From NCBI RefSeq assembly GCF_018977255.1, contig NW_024704742.1, positions 48,796,001 to 48,860,000 of the forward strand: DNA of 64,000 bases, written 5' to 3'. Numbering within the stretch: the stretch's first letter is position 1; each line of letters opens with the position of its first letter. The notes beneath the pieces are model-generated. The model ran no database searches. It was not told where the DNA came from and saw only the letters and a list, made by a program, of their open reading frames with translations. Of this stretch, positions 1 through 11,675 are shown piece by piece. Origin of the DNA: Callorhinchus milii. Taxonomy: Eukaryota. The position numbers and the translations under genes are program-made.

Positions 1-536
1 TTCCAGCAATATGTTTGATGTGAAGTGGATACGGTCGAGATAAAACATTGGACACTTTTGTCACACTAATCAAATAAACAGCAAAGGAAAATGAAAGATG
101 TCCAGTATAATGTAACACTTTTTTTAAAAAAAGGATGATAAACATTTTGCTGCTGACACATTTTTGATACTTCAGCTCTTAGACTATTTTACTGACAGTA
201 AGTTGGCTGCAGCTTAGTGGAAGAGTGAGACTACTCTGTTTCCATATGGACGCATCGAAAACAACCACTGAAAGCTGGTGGGCATCATTAGGACATAGTG
301 AGGTTGAAAAAACACTTGAATAGAAAAACTACTGTGTAAATCACATGAGCAATGGAAAAAGTATCCTGGGAAGTAAAATCCATCTTGTGCAGGGAGCTTT
401 ATGGATGTCACGTCAAGTCATCCGAACCAAAAATGGCTCAGAGCAGAGTTCTCTCAAATCGGTCAGATGGGAGAGATGTGTAGGAGGCCCTTTTTATCCT
501 CAAGTGCTGTATTCAGCGATTGTGCTATTTGTCTTT

Positions 537-981
537 CAGCCTAGCTCAGTTGCTAGCACTCTCGCCTCTGAGTCAGAAGGTTGTGAGGTCAAACCCCATG
601 TCTTGGGAATTGGAACCTATATGGTCTATGATGACGCTCCAGTGCAGTGGGTGTGCTGCATTATTAGAGGTGACGTCTTTGGGATGAGACGTTAAACCAA
701 AGTCCTGACTGCCTTCTTCAGTTGACGGTAGTAGAAATCGCAGGGCACTTTTGGAAAAGAGAGCATGTTTATCTGGTGTTCTGGACATCAATCGCCCACA
801 TAAAAATGGTCACTCGTTCCATGGCTGTTTGTGGGACGTTGCTGCGTACAAATTGGCTGCTGCATTCACCCACACAATACAACCAGTCACCTCACTTTAC
901 AGTATATCCTGTGAAATGCTTTGAGACATCCTGAAGATGTGATAAGGTGCTCTATCAAATGCAAAGATCATTATTATTATT
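537..981 (+). mobile_element. Old Deu-domain-type SINE, near full length
   Basis: tRNA-like head (tagctcagttgctagcactctcgcctctgagtcagaagg), central gatgagacgttaaacc… domain, gtgggacgttgctg…aattggctgc box, L2-type tail ending atgcaaagat(tta)n. Confidence 0.75.
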
Positions 982-2154
982 AGTTACGCTGTTGTTTTCC
1001 CATTTGAGCTCTTGTTGGACCCCATTGACTGAATGGCATCCTCTCTGTTCATGTTCTCAGGAAGGGGGTACTGACTGAGCGTGTCGAAAATCTTTCAGGT
1101 GTTGTGCAGTTTCACAACAAATGTGATTTTAAAAAAAGACACTTCTTAAAGTCGAACGATTATAGGGCATGAAATGTAAAAACAAAGTACACCTTCAAAT
1201 CACATGGTTTGACCACAGATTTCAACCACCCCTCAGTTTATTTACGAGCACAGTGTTTTGGAGATATCTGCTTGATACCATTTACACAGTTAGGTGGTGA
1301 GATGTATCACATAACTATTCCCGTCAGTTGCCCCAAATTAGATTGACACATGTCACATTAAACTGATGCCGTAGGGCATTTTTGTAAGGTAAAGCTGGCA
1401 TTTCCTTTTGAAAATATATGGCGTGAATTGGACTTTACCTTTGTAGTTAATGTTAAAGTAGCCTTAAATTGAGACAAAAGATTTATTATACCATTGGGGT
1501 GAAAATAACACAGGATGGCTCCCACTGACCTTTCCTGGGCTAGAGTTTCAATGTTTAGTGTGTGCTCCTTGCACTGGAAAGAATTTATAATCATGGGCTG
1601 TCAAAGGCAGCCATTGTTCTCTGTGCGCCAGCCATGTGGGTCAGATACAAGTGCGTTCATATCCTTCAAAGCCAATAGCTGGCAAGCTGCAATGCACTGG
1701 AATGATTTTTTTTAGGGATCAGGAAAAGCTTTTGCATATTTTTGTTGCTGATTGCCTCTGAATGCTGTTTCTCTTTAATCCAGCAATTTCATTCGAAGGT
1801 GGCTGGAAGCGGAGGGCAGACTTGTTCCTATCATTCACAAGTTGTCATTCATTCTGACAATGGTCAGAGCCTTGCTAGGTGCAAATGAACATCACACAAA
1901 AGTTGACAGTTACTTTTTTTCTTGAAAACGCCTGGTTTGAGAACAAGAGGTTATTTTGTCAGCAGCCCACGGAAGACTGAAAATATTCAGCTTCTCAAAC
2001 CACACAGTTACTGTGGACCTTTCATTCACATCTCTGGATTACACTATGCAAATGAAAACCAGTGCCAGAATTGCCGATTTCTGTTTTTTTCTCTTGCTGG
2101 TTGCCGTGAGGAATCGCCTTTAACTTTGCTCTCTGTTAATTCACATGTCGCCAG

Positions 2155-2350
2155 GAGACCGAGGACACAGACAGCCCAAAGCGAAGCATTCGTGACAGCG
2201 GTTACATCGACTGTTGGGACTCTGAGCGCAGCGACTCTCTGTCACCACCCCGTCACGCCAGGGACGATTCCTTTGATAGTCTGGATTCCTTTGGCTCGCG
2301 GTCACAACAGACACCATCCCCAGAGGTGATACTGAAGGGAAGTAGTGACG
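2155..2350 (+). CDS. LIMCH1: LIMCH1 coding exon (first seen in window), phase 0 to 1
   Basis: ccag|GAG…GAC G|gtagg. Translates [65 protein letters not shown], recognisable as the conserved LIMCH1 segment after the CH domain. Confidence 0.95.
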
Positions 2351-2548
2351 GTAGGTGGTGACAAGGATTAAAGTTAATGTTGATGCACCGACGTTCGCCA
2401 CAGAAAAATTAATCTGTAATAATTTACCAGCTCCACTTCTCCTTTGATAGCTGGTAGAAATGCGTTGAACTATGTGTAATTATAGCTCAATGTAGACAGT
2501 TTTTCTACCTTGTACGATAAACGTGCAGGTGTAATCTATTCACGTCGT

Positions 2549-2780
2549 GGAGTCCTGTAACTCAGTGGTTAGAGCACTTGCCTTGCAAACAAGAGACCTG
2601 GGTTTGATTCCCGGCAGGCTGAAACCTTGGGCAAATTTCCTTACTCCACACGCCTGATAATAATCCTTCAAGAAAAAACACAATAATAAATTGGTCATTT
2701 CAATCCACGATTGTTTGAGGCACACTGCTGTGAGCAATTGGCTGCCATGTTTCGTCCACAAATATACAGTCAATTCACTT
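2549..2780 (+). mobile_element. tRNA-Ala-headed SINE, short variant, 3' truncated
   Basis: Aligns by eye with the copy at 32667-32980. Confidence 0.85.
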
Positions 2781-3689
2781 TGATGATAATCATCAAATTA
2801 TCAATCATTTCATATATTTCACGCCGGAATGACTTCTCAAAGCACTTTGCAGGATGTACTGTAAAGTACAGGAGCTGTGTATTTTGTAGGCAAATATTAT
2901 TAAGCGTGATACTGGAAAATTGATGTGTGTGTGTTTTGAAACATAAAACTAAGATTAGAATAAAAGTTTCAGCACTTTACAATGATCATACTCTGCTATC
3001 ATGTGAATTGTGCTTTGCAACATAGTGTAAGTGAATTAAAAGTGATGAAGCTAAAAAGCAGACAGCAGTCGCCACTGGAAAGGTCAATGAGTTGTGAAAG
3101 ATGAAGGTTCAAACAGAGATACAATTACAAATTTTGCCCAGTGTAAAGGAAGAAAGTAAGCACTTGACATGATTGAATTTGGGAAATGAAGCATATTGCA
3201 GCCGTCGCTCTCAGATAGTAATTCTTGAGCGAGTGGTGAGTGATTGAAAGAGAGAGCGAGAGAGCAGGTCTGGCCGTGGGAGGGTTTGTTTTCAGCTGCT
3301 GAAGAAAATTAACAAAGAAAACAAGTTCCAGTGCCCGGTGTGAAAGGATTGAAAGAATGTGAGAAGTCGTAAGAGCAAGCAATTTGAAGAATAACAAAAC
3401 CTACTTATATAACACTGCTTACATGTTGAACAATGCTCCTTTCTCATGGACGGAGAGGCATTACCAAGCTATAGGGAGATTATTCATTCTTGTACAGTGT
3501 ACTGGGACTCGAGATATACGACGCCAAACAATTTATATAATGCTGTGTCTGTAGTTATTATGCTATGCACCAAATTATATTATGCTATGCACCGAATGCA
3601 TCTGTGGGGTCAAAGTTGCAGCATTCCCAATCACATTCTGTTCTGTTATATTTACGGCTAAAGATGTCAGCAAGGTCTCCAATGTGATT

Positions 3690-3965
3690 TAGCCTCAGAT
3701 TGTAGCACTTTTGCCTGTGAGTCAAAAGGTTGTGGGTTCAGGTCCCAAGTTGGGACTCATAGTCTTGGCTGATCTCTAATGCAGTACAGGGGATGTCTTG
3801 TGATATTAGAGGTACGTTACTTTGAACCCTTAAACCGAGGTCCTGTCTGCCTATTCAGGTGAACGATAAAGATCTTATGGCACTTATTCGCAAAGAGAAG
3901 TTTCTGCCAGTGTTCTAACCACCAGTTCCCCAGATAACAATTAGTCATTCAATTCATGGCTATCC
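3690..3965 (+). mobile_element. Degenerate Deu-type SINE, 5' part
   Basis: Similar to 537-820 (tagcacttttgcctgtgagtcaaaaggttgtgggttc…taaaccgaggtcctgtctgcc). Confidence 0.65.
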
Positions 3966-4292
3966 AGAGGTGCTATCTCAGATTGAGTTAGACGTGTAGC
4001 CCCTGAATAACCTCAGAAAGGCTGCTTTCAAAACTCGAAAATGATCCCTGCTGAGCAGGAATCCAGGATGGTGACGTCAGGGCTTTGTAACTTTACTTAG
4101 ATATTATCATTATTAGTAGTTAGTGGTGAGGCGGTTTAAAACATATTTCAACCTTGTTCCTAAAACAAAGAACGGAACGTGTTCAGAAATAATGCAGTTT
4201 TGACCTTGTTGGTGTCCATTTCCTTATAGTCATCACTGAATTGTGTCACGACTCCACAGCAGATTATTTTTCTCCTGCTCTTCCTCCGGAAG

Positions 4293-4545
4293 GTCGCGGC
4301 AGTGACTCGGAGTCCGATGTGCCACAGAAAGCGCCGGATGTGAAACGTGACGACATGTCGTTGAGACGGGCATCCTACCATGAGCCCAAGGCCAACCTGC
4401 CTTTCAACCAGTACCTGCCCAACAAGAGTAACCAGACCGCTTACATGCCAGCGCCTCTTCGGAAAAAGCGGGCGGAGCGAGGAGATCATTATCGGAAGAG
4501 CTGGAGCAATGCAACCTCACCTGTGGGAGGAGAGCGGCCCTTCAG
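4293..4545 (+). CDS. LIMCH1: LIMCH1 coding exon, phase 1 to 2
   Basis: gaag|GT CGC…TTC AG|gtaac. Translates [26 protein letters not shown]…[26 protein letters not shown]…[16 protein letters not shown], matching LIMCH1. Confidence 0.95.
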
Positions 4546-5672
4546 GTAACGGGACTTCCCAGTGTCGTGTTACAGATTGAAACGCTCTGTGATTCAGGCA
4601 GCGTGCCCATTTCACAGGAGCTACTCCATAGCCTTGCTGAGCGCTTTTGTTACAACATAAATCCGTTATACGTGCCAATAATTTGACATGGTTATGAAGT
4701 AGGACCTGTGGTCAGCAGGTGCTTTGGTTAAGTTGTGGATCATCAACCGATCCCAGCAGAACCCTCTGGTGCCCACTGAACAAGCCAGCTTTTTTTATTA
4801 ATTAAAGAATGAAAAGCTTCCTCTTTAGTCACTGAAAGTGATTTATCCCAGGTGGGGGGGTGGTTTGGTGAATTCTGCTGAAGGGGATGCACTCTTCACA
4901 TCGATAGTATTGGTTAGCAAAAAGAAACCAAGGCAACTTCATGAAATAGCTGTTGCAAAAACAAGGTGTCTTTCCATAGGGTGAAATGTACATCCTATTG
5001 AGTGAAGTGTGTTGATTCGGGCAGTTTGCTTATGTTCAGGAACCCCCAGCTCTTAAGCGTGGAATTCCTTAATGTCTGCTGTGTGCTGGGTAACAAGGCA
5101 GGCAAGACACGAGCTAGCTATGGTCTTCTCAACAGTACTCATTTTTTACAGTTGCCACAGTGAGTTGACCTTCAGTTGTGTGCAACACCTTGAAGCCAGC
5201 TGGAAGCCACTGCAACGTACGGCCTGCTGCTATTAGTAACAAGCTGTAACCTTCCAATGTACTGGCCAGATTGCTCCTTTCCCCATCCAAAACGATCCAA
5301 AACGAGGATACAAGTGGTTTACAACATGTGTCTAACTTGCGAGATTTGCAAATGGATTTGTAGTATCCTGTGGGTTCACAGACCTGTCTCAGCCCAACTC
5401 TCTTGAAGTCAGCTCAGACTATGCTCTCAGTTCCGACTTCAGTGAAAGCAGACTGAAGGTCCCTAGTGTCTGGCAAGAGATTGGCATCTGAGCTGGGTTC
5501 CAGGAGGCAGGCGTGACACACGTTTGTGTATGTGCGGGATTCACTATTTACGAATCCTTTTGTGAACGTTTGCGGTTTAGATACCACTGGATATTATGTA
5601 AACTGGGTGTTTGCGTAAGATGTCTAACATTTCCTGACCTTAATGCAACATTGTAAAACTCATTGGCCGTAG

Positions 5673-5969
5673 TCATCCTGAGCCTATAGAAGAAGAGTGC
5701 AGTGATGAGGAATTTGCAGAGACACTTCCTGCGTTGTCCAGCGTTCGAGGGGTTGAAGACACCGAGGCAACTGAGAAGCTCAAAGTGTCAGGCGGTGAGA
5801 ACTCCGGTGCTTGTGGCAAACAACTGCTCGTTTGTGTGGCTGAGTGTTCAGAGCACGAGGCCCCCAAAGGAGACACAAAAGGGGAGGAGAAAGATGATGA
5901 AGAGGCAAAACTGAAAAGAATGCAGAAAGCTGGCATCACAGTCATGCCCGCTTCTAAGCGTTACACCAG
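5673..5969 (+). CDS. LIMCH1: LIMCH1 putative cassette exon 1 (297 nt, phase 2-2)
   Basis: gtag|T CAT CCT…ACC AG|gtcagc. Open frame HPEPIEEECSDEE…KLKRMQKAGITVMPASKRYT; phase fits neighbours. Confidence 0.8.
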
Positions 5970-6954
5970 GTCAGCAGCACGGTGTGTGCTTCTCATAGAA
6001 GTGAAAGGAGAGGCATGGGCTCCTGTGGTAGTGCACAAGTTGTGTGGTGGTGCTTTTCTTTTATTATACCATGGTCGCCAGAAATTGATTGCAAAAAACC
6101 AGATATTAATCTCAACTCCAGTAGCTTGTCATTAGGTAAAACCTTCACCTAACCTTCACTGCATCCCAGCGTTACACAAACGAGCCTTGTTGTGATTTAA
6201 ATTGGAATAAAGTTAATTTATTTTTCAGTACAATATATACAATATATAATTTCCACGTCAGGAGGACGTTTCAAAGTACTTCACAGCTTCAAATAAAAAT
6301 GAACAGCAGGCTATTGAGTAATATTTACATTTGAGTTATATAGACCTGGTATAATAGGAATAAATTGTGTAATCCGCTGGGTGCTGCAGGATAACAGTGT
6401 GTGCTGGCTGGTGCTCATTTTGAATCAACAGCTTTGTATCTTTTACCCATGCTACTATATGTACATCAAGCAACGATTTTTGCATGAATTTTATTTGTGA
6501 CTGTCAGATAACCACTCAAATATCGTGTTGCAAATGCACAACAGTGAACCTATCTGAGTATCAGAGCTAAGTTGTACACCTCAGTTGGCTGCACAGTACT
6601 GTTTGATAGGTTGATGGAGGTGCTGAGAGTTCTTCTTATTCTCGATGTCGTATTATATCCTTGTCATCAGACAATAAATATTTCTGCATGACACACTTTT
6701 ACACATCATTTATAGGATAATAACTGAGAAGAATACAGGTTAAATGTAGCCTCACTTGTTGGTATGTGTGTTAACATGTTGGATAACACAGGCAAAGTGT
6801 ATCACATCGATGGATAAACATATAGATTGCAATGTGCTACATTGGATAACACATTTGTATTAGACAATATAGAAGTTGGAGTGTATCTTATGTTAGATAA
6901 TACCATACGTTGAGTAACATGTATACATTCAAGTAACATATGGAGAATTTTGGA

Positions 6955-7680
6955 TGATTGAGCTATGAGCAACGATCAGATAAGCAAAGGCTCTTCAGTC
7001 TTGAGAGAAGATGTCTCAGATTCGACCTTACAGAGGGGTATACAATTTTAATTGGGATTAAAAAAGTAAACTCAGAACAATACTTTAGGATATACAGAGA
7101 CAATAGAACAAGAGGATACAATAATAATAATAATAATAATCCTTGCATTTGATATAGCGCTTTTCACGTTGGGAGGACGTCCCAAAGCGCTTCACAGAAC
7201 ACACTGTAAAGTGAATTGACTGTATATTTGTGGGCGAACGCGGCAGCCAATTGCGCACAGCAATGTCCCACAAACAGTCGTAAATTGAATATGACCAATT
7301 TATTATTGTTTTTTGTTTTGGAGGGATTATTATTAGGTGTGTGGAGTAAGGAAACTTGCCCAAGGTTTCGCTCTGCCTGGAATTGAACTCAGGTCTCTCA
7401 CTTGCAAAGCGAGTGCTCTAACCACTGAGCTACAGGACTCCACAAGTTTAGAGTTGCAAAGGGCAATTTCAAGGCTAGACATGAGGAATTGTTTTCTTTA
7501 CCCAGGAGGTAATTAACAACTGGAACAGGTTGCCAGGAAGGGTGTTGTGGCCAGGACACTTAGAATCATTTAAAAATAGTTTGATGCTGTGATGGGGGGA
7601 CGGTAGGTTGGGAGTTCTGGCAGAATCAGATCAGGTGGATGGAAGGGTCTTCTTCATCCGAATCTCCCTTGAGGTGATCT
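6955..7680 (+). mobile_element. CR1-type LINE 3' fragment, split by a SINE
   Basis: Degenerate ORF2 C-terminus SYEQR…LFSLERRCLRFDL…RTRG, resuming after the SINE as HKFRV…VINNWNRLPGR, then a CR1-like 3' UTR. Confidence 0.75.
7120..7441 (-). mobile_element. tRNA-Ala-headed SINE, short variant, full length
   Basis: Reverse complement is nearly identical to 32667-32980; (TTA)n tail. Confidence 0.92.
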
Positions 7681-8007
7681 TGAAATAATAAACTGTGGGA
7701 CTGAAGCTCAGGATGTGATGAGCTGGAACGTAGGAAAATAGGAACAGGAGAAAGCCACTGTGTGGCAATATACAAGAGTCAGCAACATCTGGATTCTGTA
7801 ATTTATTGTGCAGTGATATTGGGCTATATTTCACTGCAAGTAACCCTGCAGAGATTATCAGCAAATATCATAGTGTGGAGTTCAGATAAAATCATAGACC
7901 ACAACAGCAAAGCTCTAGGAAGAAATTCCAAGTAGATCACCAGTTACTCTACTTGTAGCATTTCAGACTGTTTAGAATTTGGCAAATTCTTAAATACAAC
8001 ATTAATT

Positions 8008-8415
8008 GGAGTTCTGTAAGGCATGGGTTAGAGCACTTGCCGAGCAAGTGAGAGTTAGATTCCTGGGCAGGGCGAAACCTTAGGCAAGTTTTCTTACTCC
8101 GCACTCCTCTGTTTACCCAGCAGTAGGTAAGAACCTGGTTGTTAGTCAATTGGCGGATTGCTGTCTTGGGGTAGCAATTCCTTAAAAACAATAATACTAA
8201 TAATAAATTGGTCATTCAATCCATGACTGTTTGTGGGACACTGCTGTGCATAATTGGCTGCCACATTTTGCCCCAAAACATATAATCGATTCACTTTACA
8301 GTATATTCTGTGAAGTGCTTTGCAACATCTCAATGACCTGATAAGGCACTCTATCAAATGCAAGGATTATTAGTATCAAATGCAAGGATTATTATCAAAT
8401 ACAAGGATTATTATT
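8008..8415 (+). mobile_element. tRNA-Ala-headed SINE, long variant, triplicated tail
   Basis: Head, ~60-nt internal module, body, then atcaaat(g/a)caaggattatt three times. Confidence 0.88.
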
Positions 8416-9413
8416 TTTTGAATGGGGTTTTCTGCAAGTTCTTTTAAGAACTGCGGAAAAACGACTTCAAAGTTTCGACTGAATTCAAAAATTTGTCAAA
8501 TTCTGAACGCTCTCAAATGCTACATAAATAGAATAAATCTATACTCAGGTGAATTTGTCCCCATTATTAAAGAGTTTATTCACCCAAGGAGAGGTTACTA
8601 GAATTTTTTTTATGCTGAGTAATTAGGGATATGAATTGCCCTGGTGGGAGCAGTAGCTGAGGCAAAATTCTTGGCTTTCAAGAGGCAACTAGAAAAATAC
8701 CTTAAACAAAGTGCTGAATTGTTTGATTTTGTGGGAGCTGGGACAGACACGATGGGACAAATAGCCTTCCTCTGTGCCACAAATTTCTACCACTCTATGG
8801 TTTCAACCCGAACCTGAGATAGATTGCCATTTCAGTGGAGTTAGGATACATTCCTGGGTACAAGGTTTCACAATTCTATCATCAACTTGAATAAAGATAT
8901 TGCGATAGAAACTTTAATAGTTATACTGTGAAGTGTATCAATCGTGTATTTTGTAGGCAATTTCACTGTTAGAGGGAAATAACCAACCTTCTTGTTGACT
9001 CATTGCTGATGATTTGCATGCTGCTATTGTACAAAGCACGATCATTTGCAGTCACTGAGCTGCATAAGAAGTGATGGAACAGACGTCTGGGAACTGAGTG
9101 TCAATAAAGAGCTGTATGCATGAAAGTAGAGATGAAATTGCCAAAGACGCTATGTGGAAACTGGGATGAGGAGAAATCCATCCACTGTACTGAAGACACT
9201 ATAAACAGAGGTTTGGGTCCATAAAGTCAGAACCCATGTTATAAAATTGGCCGCAGTCAGCACTTCGGTGTTGGTAGGTCACTGTTGAGGTCACTGCTGA
9301 TGTCACTGACCCGCACTGCAGTCGGCAGCAGCCACAGGAATCCGCTATACTGCAGGTTCACAGTACAGTTTGCTATACACGAACCATATACGGTAGCACG
9401 GAGTCCGACTGTG

Positions 9414-9750
9414 CAACAACAACTTGCATTTATGTAGTGCCCTTCACATACAGTAGAGCACCTTAAAGAGATAGTGTTGGACACCCAGCAAAAGAGAGAG
9501 GGACGCATGTTCAAAGAGGTAGGGCGTTAAGACAGAATGTGAAGGGGCAAGACAGAATGGTAGAGGGAGGGAGGGAGGCCCAGGGGTTAGGGGCATAGAA
9601 GCTGAAGGTTTGGCCATGAATGGTGGCACGAAGAGGGAGGGGGCCACACAGCGGGTGGGGGATGTGCAGCAAGCCTGAGTTAGCTAAATGGAGGGAGCGA
9701 GCGGAAGAATAGGGTAGGAAATCCGAACGATCAGGAAGTGCCCAGTGTGG
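9414..9750 (-). mobile_element. Degenerate L2 LINE 3' fragment
   Basis: caacaacaacttgcattta tail; minus-strand peptide …SARSLHLANSGLLHIP… like the L2 ORF2 end. Confidence 0.6.
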
Positions 9751-9901
9751 ATGGATTTGTGGTACTGAAAGACGCAGACACAGTGTGTGTGAATGTAAGA
9801 CACTGCTGTGGAGGCTTTCAACTAACAGCACGTACCTCGCTATTACATTGTTGAGAATGGTTTTCTGCTTCTCTGGGATAATGATGGCCTCTGTATGGCA
9901 G

Positions 9902-10225
9902 CCCAAATCCATTCGAGGAAAACAGTGGCCAAACCACGCCAGATATCATTCTCCGCAGGGAGAACGCTTTTTTGACAAACACTCAAAGCGTCGATCTGGA
10001 GTCGGAGGAAGAGGGAGAGGAAGAGGAGCAAAAAATGCCAGATCTGGAGAAAGATGACCTTGCCTTGCGGAGGACACAACTGAGTCAGTTCAAACCCAAA
10101 GTGGTCACCAATCAGTTCCTACCAGGACCTTGCACGAAGAAGGATAAGGAGCGATGGGAGAACATTAAAAAGTCCTCACAAAAAGCTGCCAGCAACTCTC
10201 AAGCTAGACATCGGAAAAGGCCAAG
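9902..10225 (+). CDS. LIMCH1: LIMCH1 putative cassette exon 2 (324 nt, phase 2-2)
   Basis: gcag|C CCA AAT…CCA AG|gtgtgc. Translates PNPFEENSGQTTPDIILRRENAFL…MPDLEKDDLALRR…NQFLPG…WENIK. Donor is weak, so the end is less certain. Confidence 0.8.
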
Positions 10226-10505
10226 GTGTGCATCACATTACATCCCAATCAATTTCATTCCTTTGCTGTAATTGCCTTTCTCATTTCTATAGCTGCCACT
10301 TTCTAAGCATCCCTCCTACTTATTACATTTTTAGTGTTATCTGCTTCCGTCAAGCTTATCCGATCTCTTCATCCTGATAATGAAAGACTTGATAAGTAGC
10401 CTTTTTTTGCATTTTTGCGTTTTCCCTTTTTCTCAAATAAATTTCAGCTGTTCAGTGTAAAAATGTAATTAATACATGAACAAAGGAATGTTCTTTCTAC
10501 TTCAT

Positions 10506-10765
10506 TCAACAACAAGATTACATTTGTAAAGAGCCTTTCATGTCGGGAGGACTTCCCAAGGCGCTGGACAGTGTAAAGCATTTCAGACCTGAGCTGGGGT
10601 CAGGGGGGAGAAGGGAGGGGAGGGGAAGGGGGGTGGCCAATGGCATGATAAAAGAGGAGGGTTTTGAGGCGAGACTTGAAGGAGGCTAAGGAGGGGGCGA
10701 GGCGGAATGAGGGTTAGGAGATAGGGTGGGCGAGGCCATTAAGGGCTTTGTAGGTGAAAGACCAT
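10506..10765 (-). mobile_element. L2 LINE 3' fragment
   Basis: caacaacaag…tttcatgtcgggaggacttcccaaggcgctggaca; reverse complement resembles 40620-40830. Confidence 0.75.
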
Positions 10766-11411
10766 TGAGGGCTTTAGTTGAAAAAATTCACTTCCAAAAT
10801 ACACAAAATAATAGATCTAAAGATTCAATCAGATTGTCCTTTATTGGTACTGTGACACAAAGGGAATAGTTCCATATTTGATATTAGGTAAAGCCCATCA
10901 CAGGCAGGAAAGGAAAGTCAAGCGCATTGAAATATCAATCCCCTTAAGGGTATAACTTTTTTGCACAGGTTTTGCTTTTATTTGCTGTTTGCATTTAAAA
11001 ATCATTCCTTTTGCTTTGTGTGAATAGGTGACCGAATAAGTAAACAAATGAGATTTGTGGTCTGTCTACTGTCCAGGATTTTGGTTTAATAAGCATTTAG
11101 ATTTCAGGCTAATGCCCCTGATCGGAGAAAAAAAAAATTATGTTAATGACTTGAAATTTATTACTGCTATACTTTGCTTTACTTCAACATATTTGTTTCT
11201 TTATTTCTGGTCTTGTCTGTCTCTGTTTCTAAAAAAATGCACTTGCAGACTTGTAGTTTCTTTTCTCATACCTCTCTTTTCTTTCCTGCTCTACACTACT
11301 AATCCATTGCAAACCTGCGCTGGCTGCAAGTTGTCACCTCTTACATTTTTCTTTTCACCTGATATTCTGTGCTTTTTTTCTTCCTCCTTTCATCTGCGTG
11401 CAATCGTTCAG

Positions 11412-11675
11412 CCCAAATCACATTCAGGCCACAGAGAGCAAGGCAGTTGCGCCACAGAAAGGGAAGACGTTCCTCAAGTCCCAGCGACGGAGCGAGTCTG
11501 AAGAAGAAGAGCCAACGAAAGCAAAAGTCCCAGATGTGCAGCGAGATGACTTGGCCAGGAGGAAAACCCTGGGTGGACTTACAAGTCGCCATGAACCTCA
11601 GACCTTCATTCCTACTACTGTCACACAGGCTGATATGGAAATATGGGAGAGGCTTAAGGTTTCCACTGACACAAG
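11412..11675 (+). CDS. LIMCH1: LIMCH1 putative cassette exon 3 (264 nt, phase 2-2)
   Basis: Long pyrimidine tract, ttcag|C CCA…ACA AG|gttact. Translates …SESEEEEPTKAKVPDVQRDDLARRK…TFIP…WERLK. Confidence 0.8.

Noticed and set aside
6720..6940. CRISPR-like or regular array of ggataacac-type motifs
   Set aside because: Degenerate, irregular low-complexity repeats in eukaryotic intron DNA with no cas genes.
7085..7363. Near-identical small ORFs at 7085-7363 and 32745-32981 as a gene family
   Set aside because: Both are translations of the same SINE sequence.
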